This document shows, one piece after another, positions 1-9,848 of a stretch of 64,000 nt of DNA; positions within the stretch are counted from its first letter, which is position 1, and each line of letters begins with the position of its first letter. The notes below the pieces were generated by a model, which saw only the letters and a program-made list of their open reading frames with translations, did not search any database and was not told the DNA's origin. A program made the translations under genes and the position numbers. Origin of the DNA: a virus (taxonomy: Duplodnaviria; Caudoviricetes). The stretch is from positions 64,001 to 128,000 of the IMG/VR virus record IMGVR_UViG_3300032038_000003. One strand, given 5' to 3'.

Positions 1-47
1 TGAAGAACACGTACTCAATATCAATAATTTTATGAAAGGAAGATAGT

Positions 48-392
48 ATGGACAATTTAGCATTAAATTTGAAGAGCATTCAGGACCAGATTGATGCGTT
101 AAACAAACAGCTGAACGAAGCTCAGAATAAAAAACTCACTGCTGAAGTTCATTTACAGAACGAACAGCAAGAATATGAGGCACTTGAGAATCAACTTAAG
201 GAGCTTACTGGTCTCAATGATATGAATGAGATCGAACAGTACATCGCAAGCAAGTCTACAGAACTGAATGGTATTATGCAAGACTTGGCTCAAGTATCTA
301 ATACTGTAAACAGTCAGTACACATTCAGTGAAAATGATGTACAGATGTTGAAAGGTATAGTAGATAAGTACAATATCCCGATAGGAGAATAA
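48..392 (+). CDS. Small coiled-coil protein, possibly a detached coiled-coil segment of a split SbcC/Rad50
   Basis: Heptad-rich helical sequence; RBS GAAAGGA upstream; immediately precedes the ATPase C-half. Confidence 0.55.
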   Translation: MDNLALNLKSIQDQIDALNKQLNEAQNKKLTAEVHLQNEQQEYEALENQLKELTGLNDMNEIEQYIASKSTELNGIMQDLAQVSNTVNSQYTFSENDVQMLKGIVDKYNIPIGE

Positions 393-394
393 CT

Positions 395-1117
395 ATGGAA
401 GTTACAGGCTTATGGAAGGTTATCCAGGATCGTTCAAAAGAATTACAGAGCGGATATATTTCAAAGAAAGCCATTAAAGACCGTATCGAAGATGAAGTAA
501 TCGATTATACCAATAAGATTAATCAGTTAACGGACGAGAATGACATTTTAAATAAGGTCATTCTTGTCCTTACTGAATCTTCAAATATTGCACGTAACAA
601 CGCAAAGAACCATTTCGAGAAAATCATAACAGAGGCTTTACAGTATGTTACACAGTCTACAGATTATGAATTTGTTATTCAAGAAATGGTTGATAGGTCT
701 AAAGCATCTTATGAGTTTTTTATTAAAACGACAATCAACGGAGAAGAATCGTTGCAAAGTCCTAAAGATGCTAATGGTGGAGGTTTCGTAGATATTATAT
801 CCGTTGCAGCGAAGTATGCATATTTGGAATTATTCAACGATCCAAAAATACAGTGTGGAACTGTTTTCCTTGATGAACCAGGAAAAATGATTGACGAGCA
901 GAGATCCATTAAGTTCGCAGAATATATTAAAGAGCTTGGTAAAAATTATAATAAGCAAACGATTATGATTACTCATAATACCAGCTTGAAAGATATTGCG
1001 GACCAGACTTATTATGTTTCTCAGAATGCCAATCTTATTAGCCAAGTATCTGAATTACAAGATGTGCCATTGGCTAATATAGAAAATATAGTAAAGGAGC
1101 AGTTAGATGGACATTAA
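395..1117 (+). CDS. SbcC/Rad50-like ABC ATPase, C-terminal half only
   Basis: Coiled coil followed by signature-like ANGGG, Walker B/D-loop VFLDEPG and H-loop MITH; no Walker A in this ORF. Confidence 0.8.
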   Translation: MEVTGLWKVIQDRSKELQSGYISKKAIKDRIEDEVIDYTNKINQLTDENDILNKVILVLTESSNIARNNAKNHFEKIITEALQYVTQSTDYEFVIQEMVDRSKASYEFFIKTTINGEESLQSPKDANGGGFVDIISVAAKYAYLELFNDPKIQCGTVFLDEPGKMIDEQRSIKFAEYIKELGKNYNKQTIMITHNTSLKDIADQTYYVSQNANLISQVSELQDVPLANIENIVKEQLDGH

Positions 1118-1850
1118 ATACAAAGATAAAGATGTCGAGATTTCTATCAAGAACGTTAATAAAAATGCTATTTTAACAAACGACGAGTTAGAGAGCGTAG
1201 TAAAAATTATTAATTTGTTTAAAGATTTCAAGACACCGATGAAAGAATTGTTACCAACAACGGTTCAAAAACCAGCAGAAGAACGACAATCATCAGTGGC
1301 TAATAATGATGATCGCCCAGTAATCCGTGATCGTATTCCAAATCAAGTTGATTTATCAGAATACGAGATTAAACAGGCTGTTACACAAGAACCAATGATC
1401 AGATGTCCAGAGTGTGGACAATCATCTAAGGCTATTGTACGTATCAATGATACGGAGAATTATTTACTTCGCAAAGTAACAAAGAACAACAAGAAGACAT
1501 TCGAAACTGTTGTGGCATTAGAAAGCGAAGAAGCGATTACTAATATCTTAAAGCCAGAAGATGCGAATGTTATGGATTATCATAATGATATTATGAAAAT
1601 CAAGCAGAATAAAAAGCTTAAAGGTACCGATCTTAACGTATCTAATGAAACAAAGATTCAATGTCCTTGTTGTCATAAGATTAACCAATTTTCTAAATGG
1701 GTAGATGCTTTTAAAGATCCATTATTATTTGGATTTGAAACTGAAAACTTATGCGAAGTATGTGGCAAAGAAGCAGTCAAAGCAATTGACGAAAATAAAA
1801 ATGAAATTATACAATGTGAATATTGCGGTTATAAAGACCCTGTTGTATAA
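1107..1850 (+). CDS. Multi zinc-ribbon protein
   Basis: CPECG, CPCC, CEVCG and CEYCG pairs. Confidence 0.65.
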   Translation: MDIKYKDKDVEISIKNVNKNAILTNDELESVVKIINLFKDFKTPMKELLPTTVQKPAEERQSSVANNDDRPVIRDRIPNQVDLSEYEIKQAVTQEPMIRCPECGQSSKAIVRINDTENYLLRKVTKNNKKTFETVVALESEEAITNILKPEDANVMDYHNDIMKIKQNKKLKGTDLNVSNETKIQCPCCHKINQFSKWVDAFKDPLLFGFETENLCEVCGKEAVKAIDENKNEIIQCEYCGYKDPVV

Positions 1851-1851
1851 T
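1823..1851 (+). promoter_or_regulatory. Putative sigma-A promoter
   Basis: TTGCGG-17-TATAAT in the 3' end of the upstream gene. Confidence 0.5.
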
Positions 1852-1902
1852 AATGATTACAAAATGTTACTTAAAACTACAAAAGGAAAAGGAGAAACAG
1901 TC

Positions 1903-2370
1903 ATGAGACCAGAAAGAGACACTGTAACCGAGGTATACGAAGATCGGTACAAGAATGATTGCTATGCAGACGTAAGCTATTTTATTAATGCAAAAAAGAG
2001 AGTAATCGTTTGTAAGGTAGAGCCTTATGTTATGGACGAACAATTTTCATTCTTCACGACAAGAAAGGGCTTGGATTACAAGCAGTCGATGGCAAAATCA
2101 TTCTTTGAGATGTGTGGAGAGACATCTACAAGTTTTGTAGGTAAGGCTGTGTGTATGCCAGAAGACGAATTCGATGTAGAGTTCGGAAAGAGACTTGCAT
2201 ATGACAAGGCAATGTTCAAGCTGTTAAATGCTAAGAAGAAGTTTTTTATGGAAAGCATTAAAGACCTTGAATCATACATTGCAGCAGACAAGGAACTCAT
2301 TGATGATGTTGATAAACAAATCGCAAAGGCTACCGAGCGTTTTGAGAAAAAGATCAAGGAGGTAATGTAA
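1903..2370 (+). CDS. Conserved phage hypothetical protein (GxAxCxPxDxFDxxxG motif)
   Basis: Start reassigned to ATG 1903 after RBS AAAAGGAG; motif FVGKAVCMPEDEFDVEFGKRLAY is common in phage proteins. Confidence 0.6.
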   Translation: MRPERDTVTEVYEDRYKNDCYADVSYFINAKKRVIVCKVEPYVMDEQFSFFTTRKGLDYKQSMAKSFFEMCGETSTSFVGKAVCMPEDEFDVEFGKRLAYDKAMFKLLNAKKKFFMESIKDLESYIAADKELIDDVDKQIAKATERFEKKIKEVM

Positions 2371-2654
2371 TGACATTACAAGAAGCGTTAAATACAACTT
2401 TATCTCCAGATAAAGTAAAGGATATGGAAACTTCTGAGCTGGTTAAATATCTTGTTGATAATCAAGTATTTGATTCAGAGGCAGATTTACGTATGTTCTT
2501 GATCGAAGGCATCCAGAGGGCTGTACGTCTTGATGATGAATTTCCAATTAAGATATATACATCAGAAGACGAAGAGGTTCCAGAAGATCATAAGTATGTC
2601 GATGTAGGACCGCAGCTTACAGACGAATATATCGAAAATAACATGCACGAGTAA
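2370..2654 (+). CDS. Hypothetical acidic protein
   Basis: RBS AAGGAGG, TAATG overlap with the upstream gene. Confidence 0.65.
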   Translation: MTLQEALNTTLSPDKVKDMETSELVKYLVDNQVFDSEADLRMFLIEGIQRAVRLDDEFPIKIYTSEDEEVPEDHKYVDVGPQLTDEYIENNMHE

Positions 2655-2678
2655 TACAAGATTTTTCAATAATCTATC

Positions 2679-2702
2679 AAGCCCCCCTAACGGGGGCTTT
2701 TT
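2679..2702 (+). terminator. Rho-independent terminator
   Basis: AAGCCCCC-CTAAC-GGGGGCTT followed by a T run. Confidence 0.85.
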
Positions 2703-2726
2703 AGATTTCTTTAAATGGAGGTATTT

Positions 2727-2963
2727 ATGGACGTTCAAATGGGAATATGTACAAAAGATAATTTATGTGTCGATTGTGACGACACTAAATGTTGGCACTC
2801 TGGTAAAATCTATGCGGACTGTCCTAAATATCGATGTTACAGACCAAAGGATTTTATTAACGAATGCGAAAGTTGTGCATTTATAAAGGCATATCAAAAA
2901 GATATGAGAAAATATTATAAAGAGAAAGGAAGTGTTGCAAATGACATGGAACGAAATCATTAG
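2727..2963 (+). CDS. Small Cys-rich protein
   Basis: RBS GGAGGT before ATG 2727; multiple CxxC motifs. Confidence 0.6.
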   Translation: MDVQMGICTKDNLCVDCDDTKCWHSGKIYADCPKYRCYRPKDFINECESCAFIKAYQKDMRKYYKEKGSVANDMERNH

Positions 2964-3630
2964 TAACGAACAGGCAAAGGACTACTATGCAAATGGCATT
3001 ATTCCATTTCTTAAAGAAGAATATGCCAATTATGAATGTTATCCACCAAAGGAAAACATTTTTAAGGCGTTGTATTCTATTCCTACACCAGATGATGTAA
3101 AGGTCATCATACTTGGACAGGATCCATATCATGAACCTGGACAGGCTATTGGATTGTCTTTTTCTGTATCAGAAAATTGTATGAATCCGCCTTCGTTGCA
3201 GAATATTATTAAAGAAATTCAGCACGAAATGCATATCGAAAATGATAGTGCTGATAGACCGTTATATCATGGTGATTTAACGTATCTTGCAAGGCAAGGA
3301 GTATTGTTATTAAATAGCACCTTAACTGTAAGAAGAGGTCAAGCAAATTCACATGCTAATTGTGGCTGGCAGCAGTTTACAGATACTATCATCAGCACAC
3401 TGAATGAAATGAACCATCCAATGGTTGTAATGTTATGGGGCAAGTATGCACAGCGTAAGAGCCATCTTATTACTGGTAATAATATTCTGGTTCTAACTAC
3501 ATCACATCCATCACCATTCTCTGCCAATAGAGGTTTTATGGGATGTAATCACTTCGTTAAGTGTAATGAATATTTAAAAGCAAACGGCATTGAGCCGATT
3601 AATTGGTTAGGAGACACGCATGTTTATTGA
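2932..3630 (+). CDS. ung: Uracil-DNA glycosylase, family 1
   Basis: GQDPY, GLSFS, PPSL, GVLLLN and HPSP motifs; true start may be ATG 2941. Confidence 0.95.
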   Translation: MLQMTWNEIISNEQAKDYYANGIIPFLKEEYANYECYPPKENIFKALYSIPTPDDVKVIILGQDPYHEPGQAIGLSFSVSENCMNPPSLQNIIKEIQHEMHIENDSADRPLYHGDLTYLARQGVLLLNSTLTVRRGQANSHANCGWQQFTDTIISTLNEMNHPMVVMLWGKYAQRKSHLITGNNILVLTTSHPSPFSANRGFMGCNHFVKCNEYLKANGIEPINWLGDTHVY

Positions 3631-3690
3631 CAAAGACACTATTTCCAGTATTGAAATGATGACAGAGGAAGAAAGACAAGATCCATCTCT

Positions 3691-3810
3691 TGTAAGAAAT
3701 ACAACGGAACCAAATATGTATTACACGACGTTATTAAAGATAAATATGGTAAGTATCGAGATAATGTAGTGTATGAAATTCTAATAAAGGAGAATAAGTA
3801 TGCCAGATAA
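3691..3810 (+). pseudogene. Start-less fragment resembling the C-terminus of a phage GNAT acetyltransferase
   Basis: Frame reads CKKYNGTKYVLHDVIKDKYGKYRDNVVYEILIKENKYAR*, with an upstream stop at 3652 and no start codon. Confidence 0.4.
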
Positions 3811-3979
3811 TTATCATGAGTTTAATATCTATTTCAGTGATCTGAATGAAGATGCACAGAAAAGATTATTAAGTGCTGTTGGAGTGGAAACAGCATCTGA
3901 TATGAATTGGGATATGGATGTTGTTCCAATCGCAACATATTGTTTTTGCAGTGAAGGAGAAAATAATGAATCAGATTGA
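3800..3979 (+). CDS. 59-aa hypothetical protein (not in ORF track)
   Basis: RBS AAGGAG; MPDNYHEFNIYFSDLNEDAQKRLLSAVGVETASDMNWDMDVVPIATYCFCSEGENNESD*. Confidence 0.7.
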   Translation: MPDNYHEFNIYFSDLNEDAQKRLLSAVGVETASDMNWDMDVVPIATYCFCSEGENNESD

Positions 3980-5177
3980 CATTGACACACAAGAGTTAAA
4001 GTCAATGGCTCCGATTATTCCATATATAAAAACATATTATAAAGACAGGATTTTTATCGAAAGAGAAAGTGGTAATGTTGCATTTGCAAAATGTATCTTT
4101 CATGATGAAAATACTGCTTCACTTGCTATATATGCAAATGGAACATATAAATGTTTTGGATGTGGGGAACATGGAGATTTAATTACTCTTGTACAAAAAA
4201 TAGAAAATCTTGATTTTCAAAGTGCATGTATCCTTATAGCCAACAATGTTGGTTATCAGATAAAAGAAGTCTATGTAAATCAGGCTTGGGAGCAATATAA
4301 AGATAGTCTTGATGAACATACGAGAAGATATTGGCTAAATCTTCGACACAATGCAGATGCATTAAACTACGTAGTTAATGTACGTAGAATCAGTCCAGAA
4401 ATGATAAATACATTTCGATTAGGATTTACTGATAACGAAGAATATAAATATCGTAATGATATGCCAAACATTTCAAATCGTATTGTATTTCCAATTCTTG
4501 AGCATAAAAAGTTCAAGCCTAAATGCGTCGGTATGGCTTATAGAGGCTTAAGAGATGAAAAGCCTAAGTATATTAATGACCATAATCAATGCGGTCAGAA
4601 TGGACAGAATCCAGCGTTAAACGGTGTATTCATAAAAGGTAATATGCTTTATGGATTGGCTCAAGCATTTAAGGCCATTACAAAGAATAACTTCGTGTTT
4701 GTTGTCGAAGGATATTTTGATGTTATTGCTATGCATCAGTCTGGTTTTACTAATACGGTTGGATTAATGGGTACATCATTTACTGAAGAGCAAATAAAAG
4801 AGATACGCAAAGTTACTAACAATGTATTTTTATTGTTGGATAGTGATAATGCTGGTACAAATGCTATGGAAAAGCATATTACGGAACTAATCAAATATGA
4901 TATAAGGCCAGTAATTTGTGTAATTGACGGTTATAAAGATCCAGATGAAATGTGTAAAGCATTTGATTTTAATCAACAAGAAATCTATAACTTTATCAAT
5001 GCACATCAGAAAGAGGGTATTCATCATTTGATTATGAGCAAATTAGAAAGATATAAAGCAGTTGTTTCACAAGAAAGAGTAAAGACATTAACTACGTTAT
5101 ATCCGATAATAAACTCTATCCCGAATCCAGCAATTAAACAAGCATATCTCAAAGAAATTGAAAAGGAGATGTACTGA
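3966..5177 (+). CDS. dnaG: DnaG-type DNA primase
   Basis: CHC2 zinc finger (CIFH...CFGC), RIVFPI, PKYIN, Toprim VVEGYFD and DSDNAG, KDPDE; start at ATG 3966 after AAGGAG. Confidence 0.93.
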   Translation: MNQIDIDTQELKSMAPIIPYIKTYYKDRIFIERESGNVAFAKCIFHDENTASLAIYANGTYKCFGCGEHGDLITLVQKIENLDFQSACILIANNVGYQIKEVYVNQAWEQYKDSLDEHTRRYWLNLRHNADALNYVVNVRRISPEMINTFRLGFTDNEEYKYRNDMPNISNRIVFPILEHKKFKPKCVGMAYRGLRDEKPKYINDHNQCGQNGQNPALNGVFIKGNMLYGLAQAFKAITKNNFVFVVEGYFDVIAMHQSGFTNTVGLMGTSFTEEQIKEIRKVTNNVFLLLDSDNAGTNAMEKHITELIKYDIRPVICVIDGYKDPDEMCKAFDFNQQEIYNFINAHQKEGIHHLIMSKLERYKAVVSQERVKTLTTLYPIINSIPNPAIKQAYLKEIEKEMY

Positions 5178-6214
5178 TGAACGAACAGGAAAAAAGCATC
5201 ATTGCCGAAATGACAAGCTCCACAAATCCCAGAGAGGTATCATTAAATGATACTATTCTCGTTGGATGTAATGGATGTGGCAATTGTTGTATGAATGCTC
5301 AAATGAAATTGAATGCATTCGACATATATAATATTGCAAAGAAAGTAGGCATGAAGAAAGCGTCGGACCATATGATTTTCTACTTTGGAGATAATAGCCA
5401 TTTACCAATTATTGGCTTGTCCACTTCAAAAGAAACCAATATGTGTCCGTATTTACAAGCTACAAATGAAGGAGATTATAAATGTATATTAGAAGACAGT
5501 AAACCTTCTACATGTACACATCCATTTGTTGCTATAGGCACAAAGTTTACTAAAAGTGAATTTAGTTTTGTACCATTAGACCAGAAGGTACAGTCATTCG
5601 ACATTGAGCAATACTTAAAGGATTATGATATATCCAAGAATATATTCTATTATGTTGAAGACAGAAGTAATCAATGTCCGTCTACATGTAAAAAGAATGT
5701 ATTGGTATCAGATTATATGTCTGATAGAATTAAGTACAGTAGAGAACATAATCTTGCTATTATTACATCCATGCTTCTCAGCAAATACATAAAAGTTAAT
5801 GAATTTACTCGTTTATTGTATCTTGCTGATAACTCTAAAGAGAATAAGCATATTAAATCTTTTCTCGGTCAAATAAGTTCATATGATAGAGTAACAAGAT
5901 CAATATTCATTAGTGCTTATCTTTATACAGATATTGAAAGTTCTAAGTCTTTTGAAGAACAGACTATTGAGCATATTAAGTTTCTTGAAAAGAAAAAGTA
6001 TCCTGTTTTAAGATTGCTGTATAAATATTTCTATATCGTATTCGATCCAGGTCATGTAACATTAGAAAGTATTTTAAATACAGACGATATTGACCTTGCT
6101 CAAGAACGCTTCGATAATTATTTTGCAAGCAACGTTGAGCAAATTAAAGATCGTTTCTATAATCAAATGATTGTTGAAATGACAAAAGAAATGATGAAAG
6201 AACTAAATCTATAG
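5177..6214 (+). CDS. YkgJ-family CxxCxxCC (Zn/Fe-S cluster) protein
   Basis: CNGCGNCC...CPYL...KCILEDSKPSTC. Confidence 0.75.
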   Translation: MNEQEKSIIAEMTSSTNPREVSLNDTILVGCNGCGNCCMNAQMKLNAFDIYNIAKKVGMKKASDHMIFYFGDNSHLPIIGLSTSKETNMCPYLQATNEGDYKCILEDSKPSTCTHPFVAIGTKFTKSEFSFVPLDQKVQSFDIEQYLKDYDISKNIFYYVEDRSNQCPSTCKKNVLVSDYMSDRIKYSREHNLAIITSMLLSKYIKVNEFTRLLYLADNSKENKHIKSFLGQISSYDRVTRSIFISAYLYTDIESSKSFEEQTIEHIKFLEKKKYPVLRLLYKYFYIVFDPGHVTLESILNTDDIDLAQERFDNYFASNVEQIKDRFYNQMIVEMTKEMMKELNL

Positions 6215-6229
6215 GAAAGGAAAAGAGTT

Positions 6230-6625
6230 ATGACACTAATTGATGTTACAATGTCTGAAGAAGACAAAGAAATCATCCGTAACTTTATCGTTACAGACGA
6301 ACAGGCAAAACGTATTGACAAGAACAAGAAGAAATTAAATGAAGAGGTTAAGGCTATCTTTGAGAAGTATCAGATCAGCGATCCACTTGATTTCGAAGGT
6401 TCTACTCTTACTGTTACCGAAAGTACAAGAAAGACAGTAACAAAGGCGAAGAAAGACCAGTTTATCCAGGCTCTTGTAAATATGGGTAAGAATTACCTTG
6501 TAATTCCATCTGTAGATATTGATACAGAAACCATTGTAACTGAGTTAGAAAATGGTCAGTTAGATGAATCCTTTGTAAAACAGTACATGTCTATTACACC
6601 AGTAAAAACATTAACCGTAAAATGA
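6230..6625 (+). CDS. Hypothetical phage protein
   Basis: Strong RBS, intact 131-aa ORF. Confidence 0.7.
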   Translation: MTLIDVTMSEEDKEIIRNFIVTDEQAKRIDKNKKKLNEEVKAIFEKYQISDPLDFEGSTLTVTESTRKTVTKAKKDQFIQALVNMGKNYLVIPSVDIDTETIVTELENGQLDESFVKQYMSITPVKTLTVK

Positions 6626-6640
6626 GAGGAGTAATGCGTA

Positions 6641-7162
6641 GTGAATCTTGAGGATTATTTAAGTCAAAACATAAGTAACCAACGAGAGATTACGAACACT
6701 ACTTCCTTTTACGATAAGTTTAATGCGTTGTCTGAGTTGTATAAGCAAGAAGAAAATCAAGATAGCCGAAAAATATTACGGTCTCAAGGGAAATATAATA
6801 CAAAGATATGTTTCATCTTTAAAGATGAAGAGCATCTTAAGAACAGTACAAAAAGTCTTGAAAGGATATTTAATGTATATGGAATTAAGATGTGGGATAT
6901 ATTGATATTATATGAGAATAAGTTTGATGAAAGAGACCGTAATATTGGCATCTTAATGCAAGAACTGCTAATCGTTAATCCGATAGTAGTATATATTTTC
7001 GATGATACAGAGCTGGAAAATGATTTATTAAGTCAATGCCCAAAAGATATTGTCTTTGGTGCAAAGTATATCAATGTAAATAATATCCAGAACATGATAG
7101 AGGAAAATATGTCACCGAAAATATTTGACTTGTTCGAATATCTCATAACCTATAATTATTAA
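6641..7162 (+). CDS. Hypothetical protein, possibly a degenerate family-4 UDG-like fold
   Basis: GTG start after GAGGAG; SQGKYNTKICFIF and LMQELLIVNPIVVYIF resemble UDG-4 structural elements without catalytic motifs. Confidence 0.45.
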   Translation: MNLEDYLSQNISNQREITNTTSFYDKFNALSELYKQEENQDSRKILRSQGKYNTKICFIFKDEEHLKNSTKSLERIFNVYGIKMWDILILYENKFDERDRNIGILMQELLIVNPIVVYIFDDTELENDLLSQCPKDIVFGAKYINVNNIQNMIEENMSPKIFDLFEYLITYNY

Positions 7163-7173
7163 GGAGGAACGAT

Positions 7174-7995
7174 ATGAATAATCCAAATGACAACATAGAT
7201 ATCGATAATTTCTTTGATGATGCATTTAGTAATAATGCACCTATCCAGACACCAATTGAAGAGCCAGTACCTCAGCAACCAGCACAGGCTCAGCCAGAAG
7301 TACAGCAAGCAATTCGTATACCAAAGAACCAGCAAGTACAGATGCCTAATAATCAGCCTGTACAACAACCAGTACCACAGCAAGTACAGCAACCACCACA
7401 AGCTCAATCAAATAATCAGCCAATGAGAACAGACGGTTCTACACAGCAGAATCTTGCTATTCTGATGAATATTCAAGATTATTATAAGGATGTGGAATGG
7501 ACACAGAAGTATGCTGTATATATGCAAGAGTGTAGCAAGATCGAGGTTGATCCTATGAATTTGACTGCAAGCGACATTGCGGTTGCAGCTGGACGTATCG
7601 ATGCTTTATTGACCCCAGCACGTTTTGATTATGCATTAATGAATAAGGTGCATGGTCATTACGAGATGCTGTTAAAGTTACAGCAGCAGATTGAATATGG
7701 TAATCAGAAACGAGATGATGAAAACGCCAAGGTTAAGCATAGTATCGATGACACCAAGGCACTTGCGATGATGCGAGTAAAGAACAATACTTCTTATGAA
7801 GATGGTCTTGATTTGTTCGACCTTGAAGATAAATATGCTGGTAGAATGATCCAGGCAAAGACCATCTTGGATATATTAAGCGATAAGAAAGATATCTTGA
7901 TTACTTATTCGGCAGCTCTCAAGATTGAGAACACTGCAAATAACTTTACTGCAAGTGTACCAACAAATAACCAGTTTAATCAAATGAGGTCATAA
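7174..7995 (+). CDS. Protein with a Q/P-rich N-terminal linker and helical C-terminal domain
   Basis: RBS AAGGAGG; low-complexity QP tract at about aa 25-85. Confidence 0.7.
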   Translation: MNNPNDNIDIDNFFDDAFSNNAPIQTPIEEPVPQQPAQAQPEVQQAIRIPKNQQVQMPNNQPVQQPVPQQVQQPPQAQSNNQPMRTDGSTQQNLAILMNIQDYYKDVEWTQKYAVYMQECSKIEVDPMNLTASDIAVAAGRIDALLTPARFDYALMNKVHGHYEMLLKLQQQIEYGNQKRDDENAKVKHSIDDTKALAMMRVKNNTSYEDGLDLFDLEDKYAGRMIQAKTILDILSDKKDILITYSAALKIENTANNFTASVPTNNQFNQMRS

Positions 7996-7996
7996 T

Positions 7997-8578
7997 ATGG
8001 ATTGTGAATATGAAGCTACCTGTTTAAACAATGATAAATGTTATCGTTGTATTGAACAGAATCTTTTAAAGCTCAAGACAAAACCATGGAACAAGCCAAA
8101 GCAAACGAAGAACAGTTTAGTTCAAACACACGATACAAAGGCTATGAATGCAAAGAATTCCTGGGAAAATCTTGAACAAGAAGTAGCTGATTCATTAAAC
8201 AATATACCTAATATCCAAGATGCAAGACGTAGTGTACGCTCTGGAGCGTTGTGGTTTGAGAAAGGTGACATTGTTGATGAAATACTCCATCCAGAATGTA
8301 AAGAAAGGACTGGTCGCCAGCTTAAGTCTGGTGACCAGTCTATTTCTATACAGAGATTATGGTTGGAAAAGGCTGCTGATGAATGTAAGGGCAACTCAAA
8401 AACTATGTGTCTTCCGTTTAGATTTAAAGGTGATAATAAGATATATACCATCTTTGAACATAATGATATTGCAGAATTAATTACTTTAATGAAGGCATAT
8501 ATCAGAGATAACGAACTGAAAGCACAACAGATTAAAATTCTGGAGGATAAGCTAAATGAAAGCAACGACACTAAGTAA
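7997..8578 (+). CDS. Hjc-like PD-(D/E)XK nuclease / Holliday junction resolvase
   Basis: E...RSGA...KGDI...ECK motif order; N-terminal Cys cluster. Confidence 0.7.
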   Translation: MDCEYEATCLNNDKCYRCIEQNLLKLKTKPWNKPKQTKNSLVQTHDTKAMNAKNSWENLEQEVADSLNNIPNIQDARRSVRSGALWFEKGDIVDEILHPECKERTGRQLKSGDQSISIQRLWLEKAADECKGNSKTMCLPFRFKGDNKIYTIFEHNDIAELITLMKAYIRDNELKAQQIKILEDKLNESNDTK

Positions 8579-9839
8579 TTACTTTAACGACGTAAAGATA
8601 TTTGATCAGTTTATTACTGAAAAATATCAGTTGCACTTGTATGCTTTTACTTTGGTTGACATCAAAGATAACAAAAAGAAGACAATTAAATATTATATTA
8701 ACAAGCAAGAACTTGCAAAAGCTATTGGTAAATCCAATATCGATATGCGAATTTATGAACAGACACAGAATAAAGGTATTAATGTAGGTTTTCTTGATTA
8801 TATTAATTTCGAAGGAAACTCTTACATTAGTAGTACATTAATATCAAAGTCAACAGAAATACAGAACTTTGGTATTGATATGGAAGAACTTGAAAAAGAT
8901 GTAATGAATGCAACGATTGCAGATGAAATGAATTATGCAAATGCAGTAAGAGACTTTGCAGAATTTAAATTGGCTTGCAATCGTTCCATTTTAACTAATG
9001 CCGATCAGATTAAGTTTAAAATGAAACAGTCTTATCCATTTTTAGACGAAAACTATATCGAGGGCATTATTAATCTTGTTATGGATAGTGCTGTTATTAA
9101 CTTTGAGTTGCCATATAACAAGCTTGAGTTTGTAAATCAGCTTAAGACTGAAATGGTTGATGAAATGTTCGATTTCTTTGAGGATATTATTAAAGATTAT
9201 CGAAAAGATTTCATGCTTAAGAATAATATCACTCCAAAACAGGAATTTAAACAAGCAGAACAGGAAGAGATCAATGAACGTAATAACGAACTTGCAGAAG
9301 AGTTTGAGGCTGCGATAGCAAAGCGTGAACAGACCAAGAATACTTTTGATCCGTCTAAGTTACACATGTTTGTTAATGCAATGGAAAAAGCTTTAGTTGG
9401 TGAAATTAGAAAAGTCAGAAGTGATTTCCCAGCTGGATGGATATTAGAGAGATTTCCACAGGAAGCATGTGCATTACAATATACAGATGTGAATGGCAAC
9501 TGTCTGCGTATTAAAGATGCACAACAGGCTAACCAGATCAAGGCAGATACTTACAATCTTGGCGACGAATTATTAGCCATGTTCTTTTTAAGACATATTG
9601 GCAATCAGCTTGCTACATATGAACATAAAGACGAAAATGGTATCAGGTCTTATATTCCATTCTTGGAAGGCAAGACTCAGCCAGATGGCAGAGTAGAATA
9701 TCCTGGATTGTTAACAAGAAGCAAGTACAATAATATTCTTCGGCAGAATATTGTTTTATTATTTCCAGAACTTACTGCTGATCAAGTTACCATAGCACAC
9801 TTTGATATAGTTCGTAATTATTGTGCGTCAAAGATATAA
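8556..9839 (+). CDS. Hypothetical protein (427 aa)
   Basis: Long ORF, RBS GGAGG, no motif recognised. Confidence 0.7.
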   Translation: MKATTLSNYFNDVKIFDQFITEKYQLHLYAFTLVDIKDNKKKTIKYYINKQELAKAIGKSNIDMRIYEQTQNKGINVGFLDYINFEGNSYISSTLISKSTEIQNFGIDMEELEKDVMNATIADEMNYANAVRDFAEFKLACNRSILTNADQIKFKMKQSYPFLDENYIEGIINLVMDSAVINFELPYNKLEFVNQLKTEMVDEMFDFFEDIIKDYRKDFMLKNNITPKQEFKQAEQEEINERNNELAEEFEAAIAKREQTKNTFDPSKLHMFVNAMEKALVGEIRKVRSDFPAGWILERFPQEACALQYTDVNGNCLRIKDAQQANQIKADTYNLGDELLAMFFLRHIGNQLATYEHKDENGIRSYIPFLEGKTQPDGRVEYPGLLTRSKYNNILRQNIVLLFPELTADQVTIAHFDIVRNYCASKI

Positions 9840-9848
9840 GGAGTACAT

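Noticed and set aside
7249-7420. Q/P-rich quasi-repeats as a DNA repeat element
   Set aside because: Imperfect codon-level low complexity, consistent with a disordered protein linker
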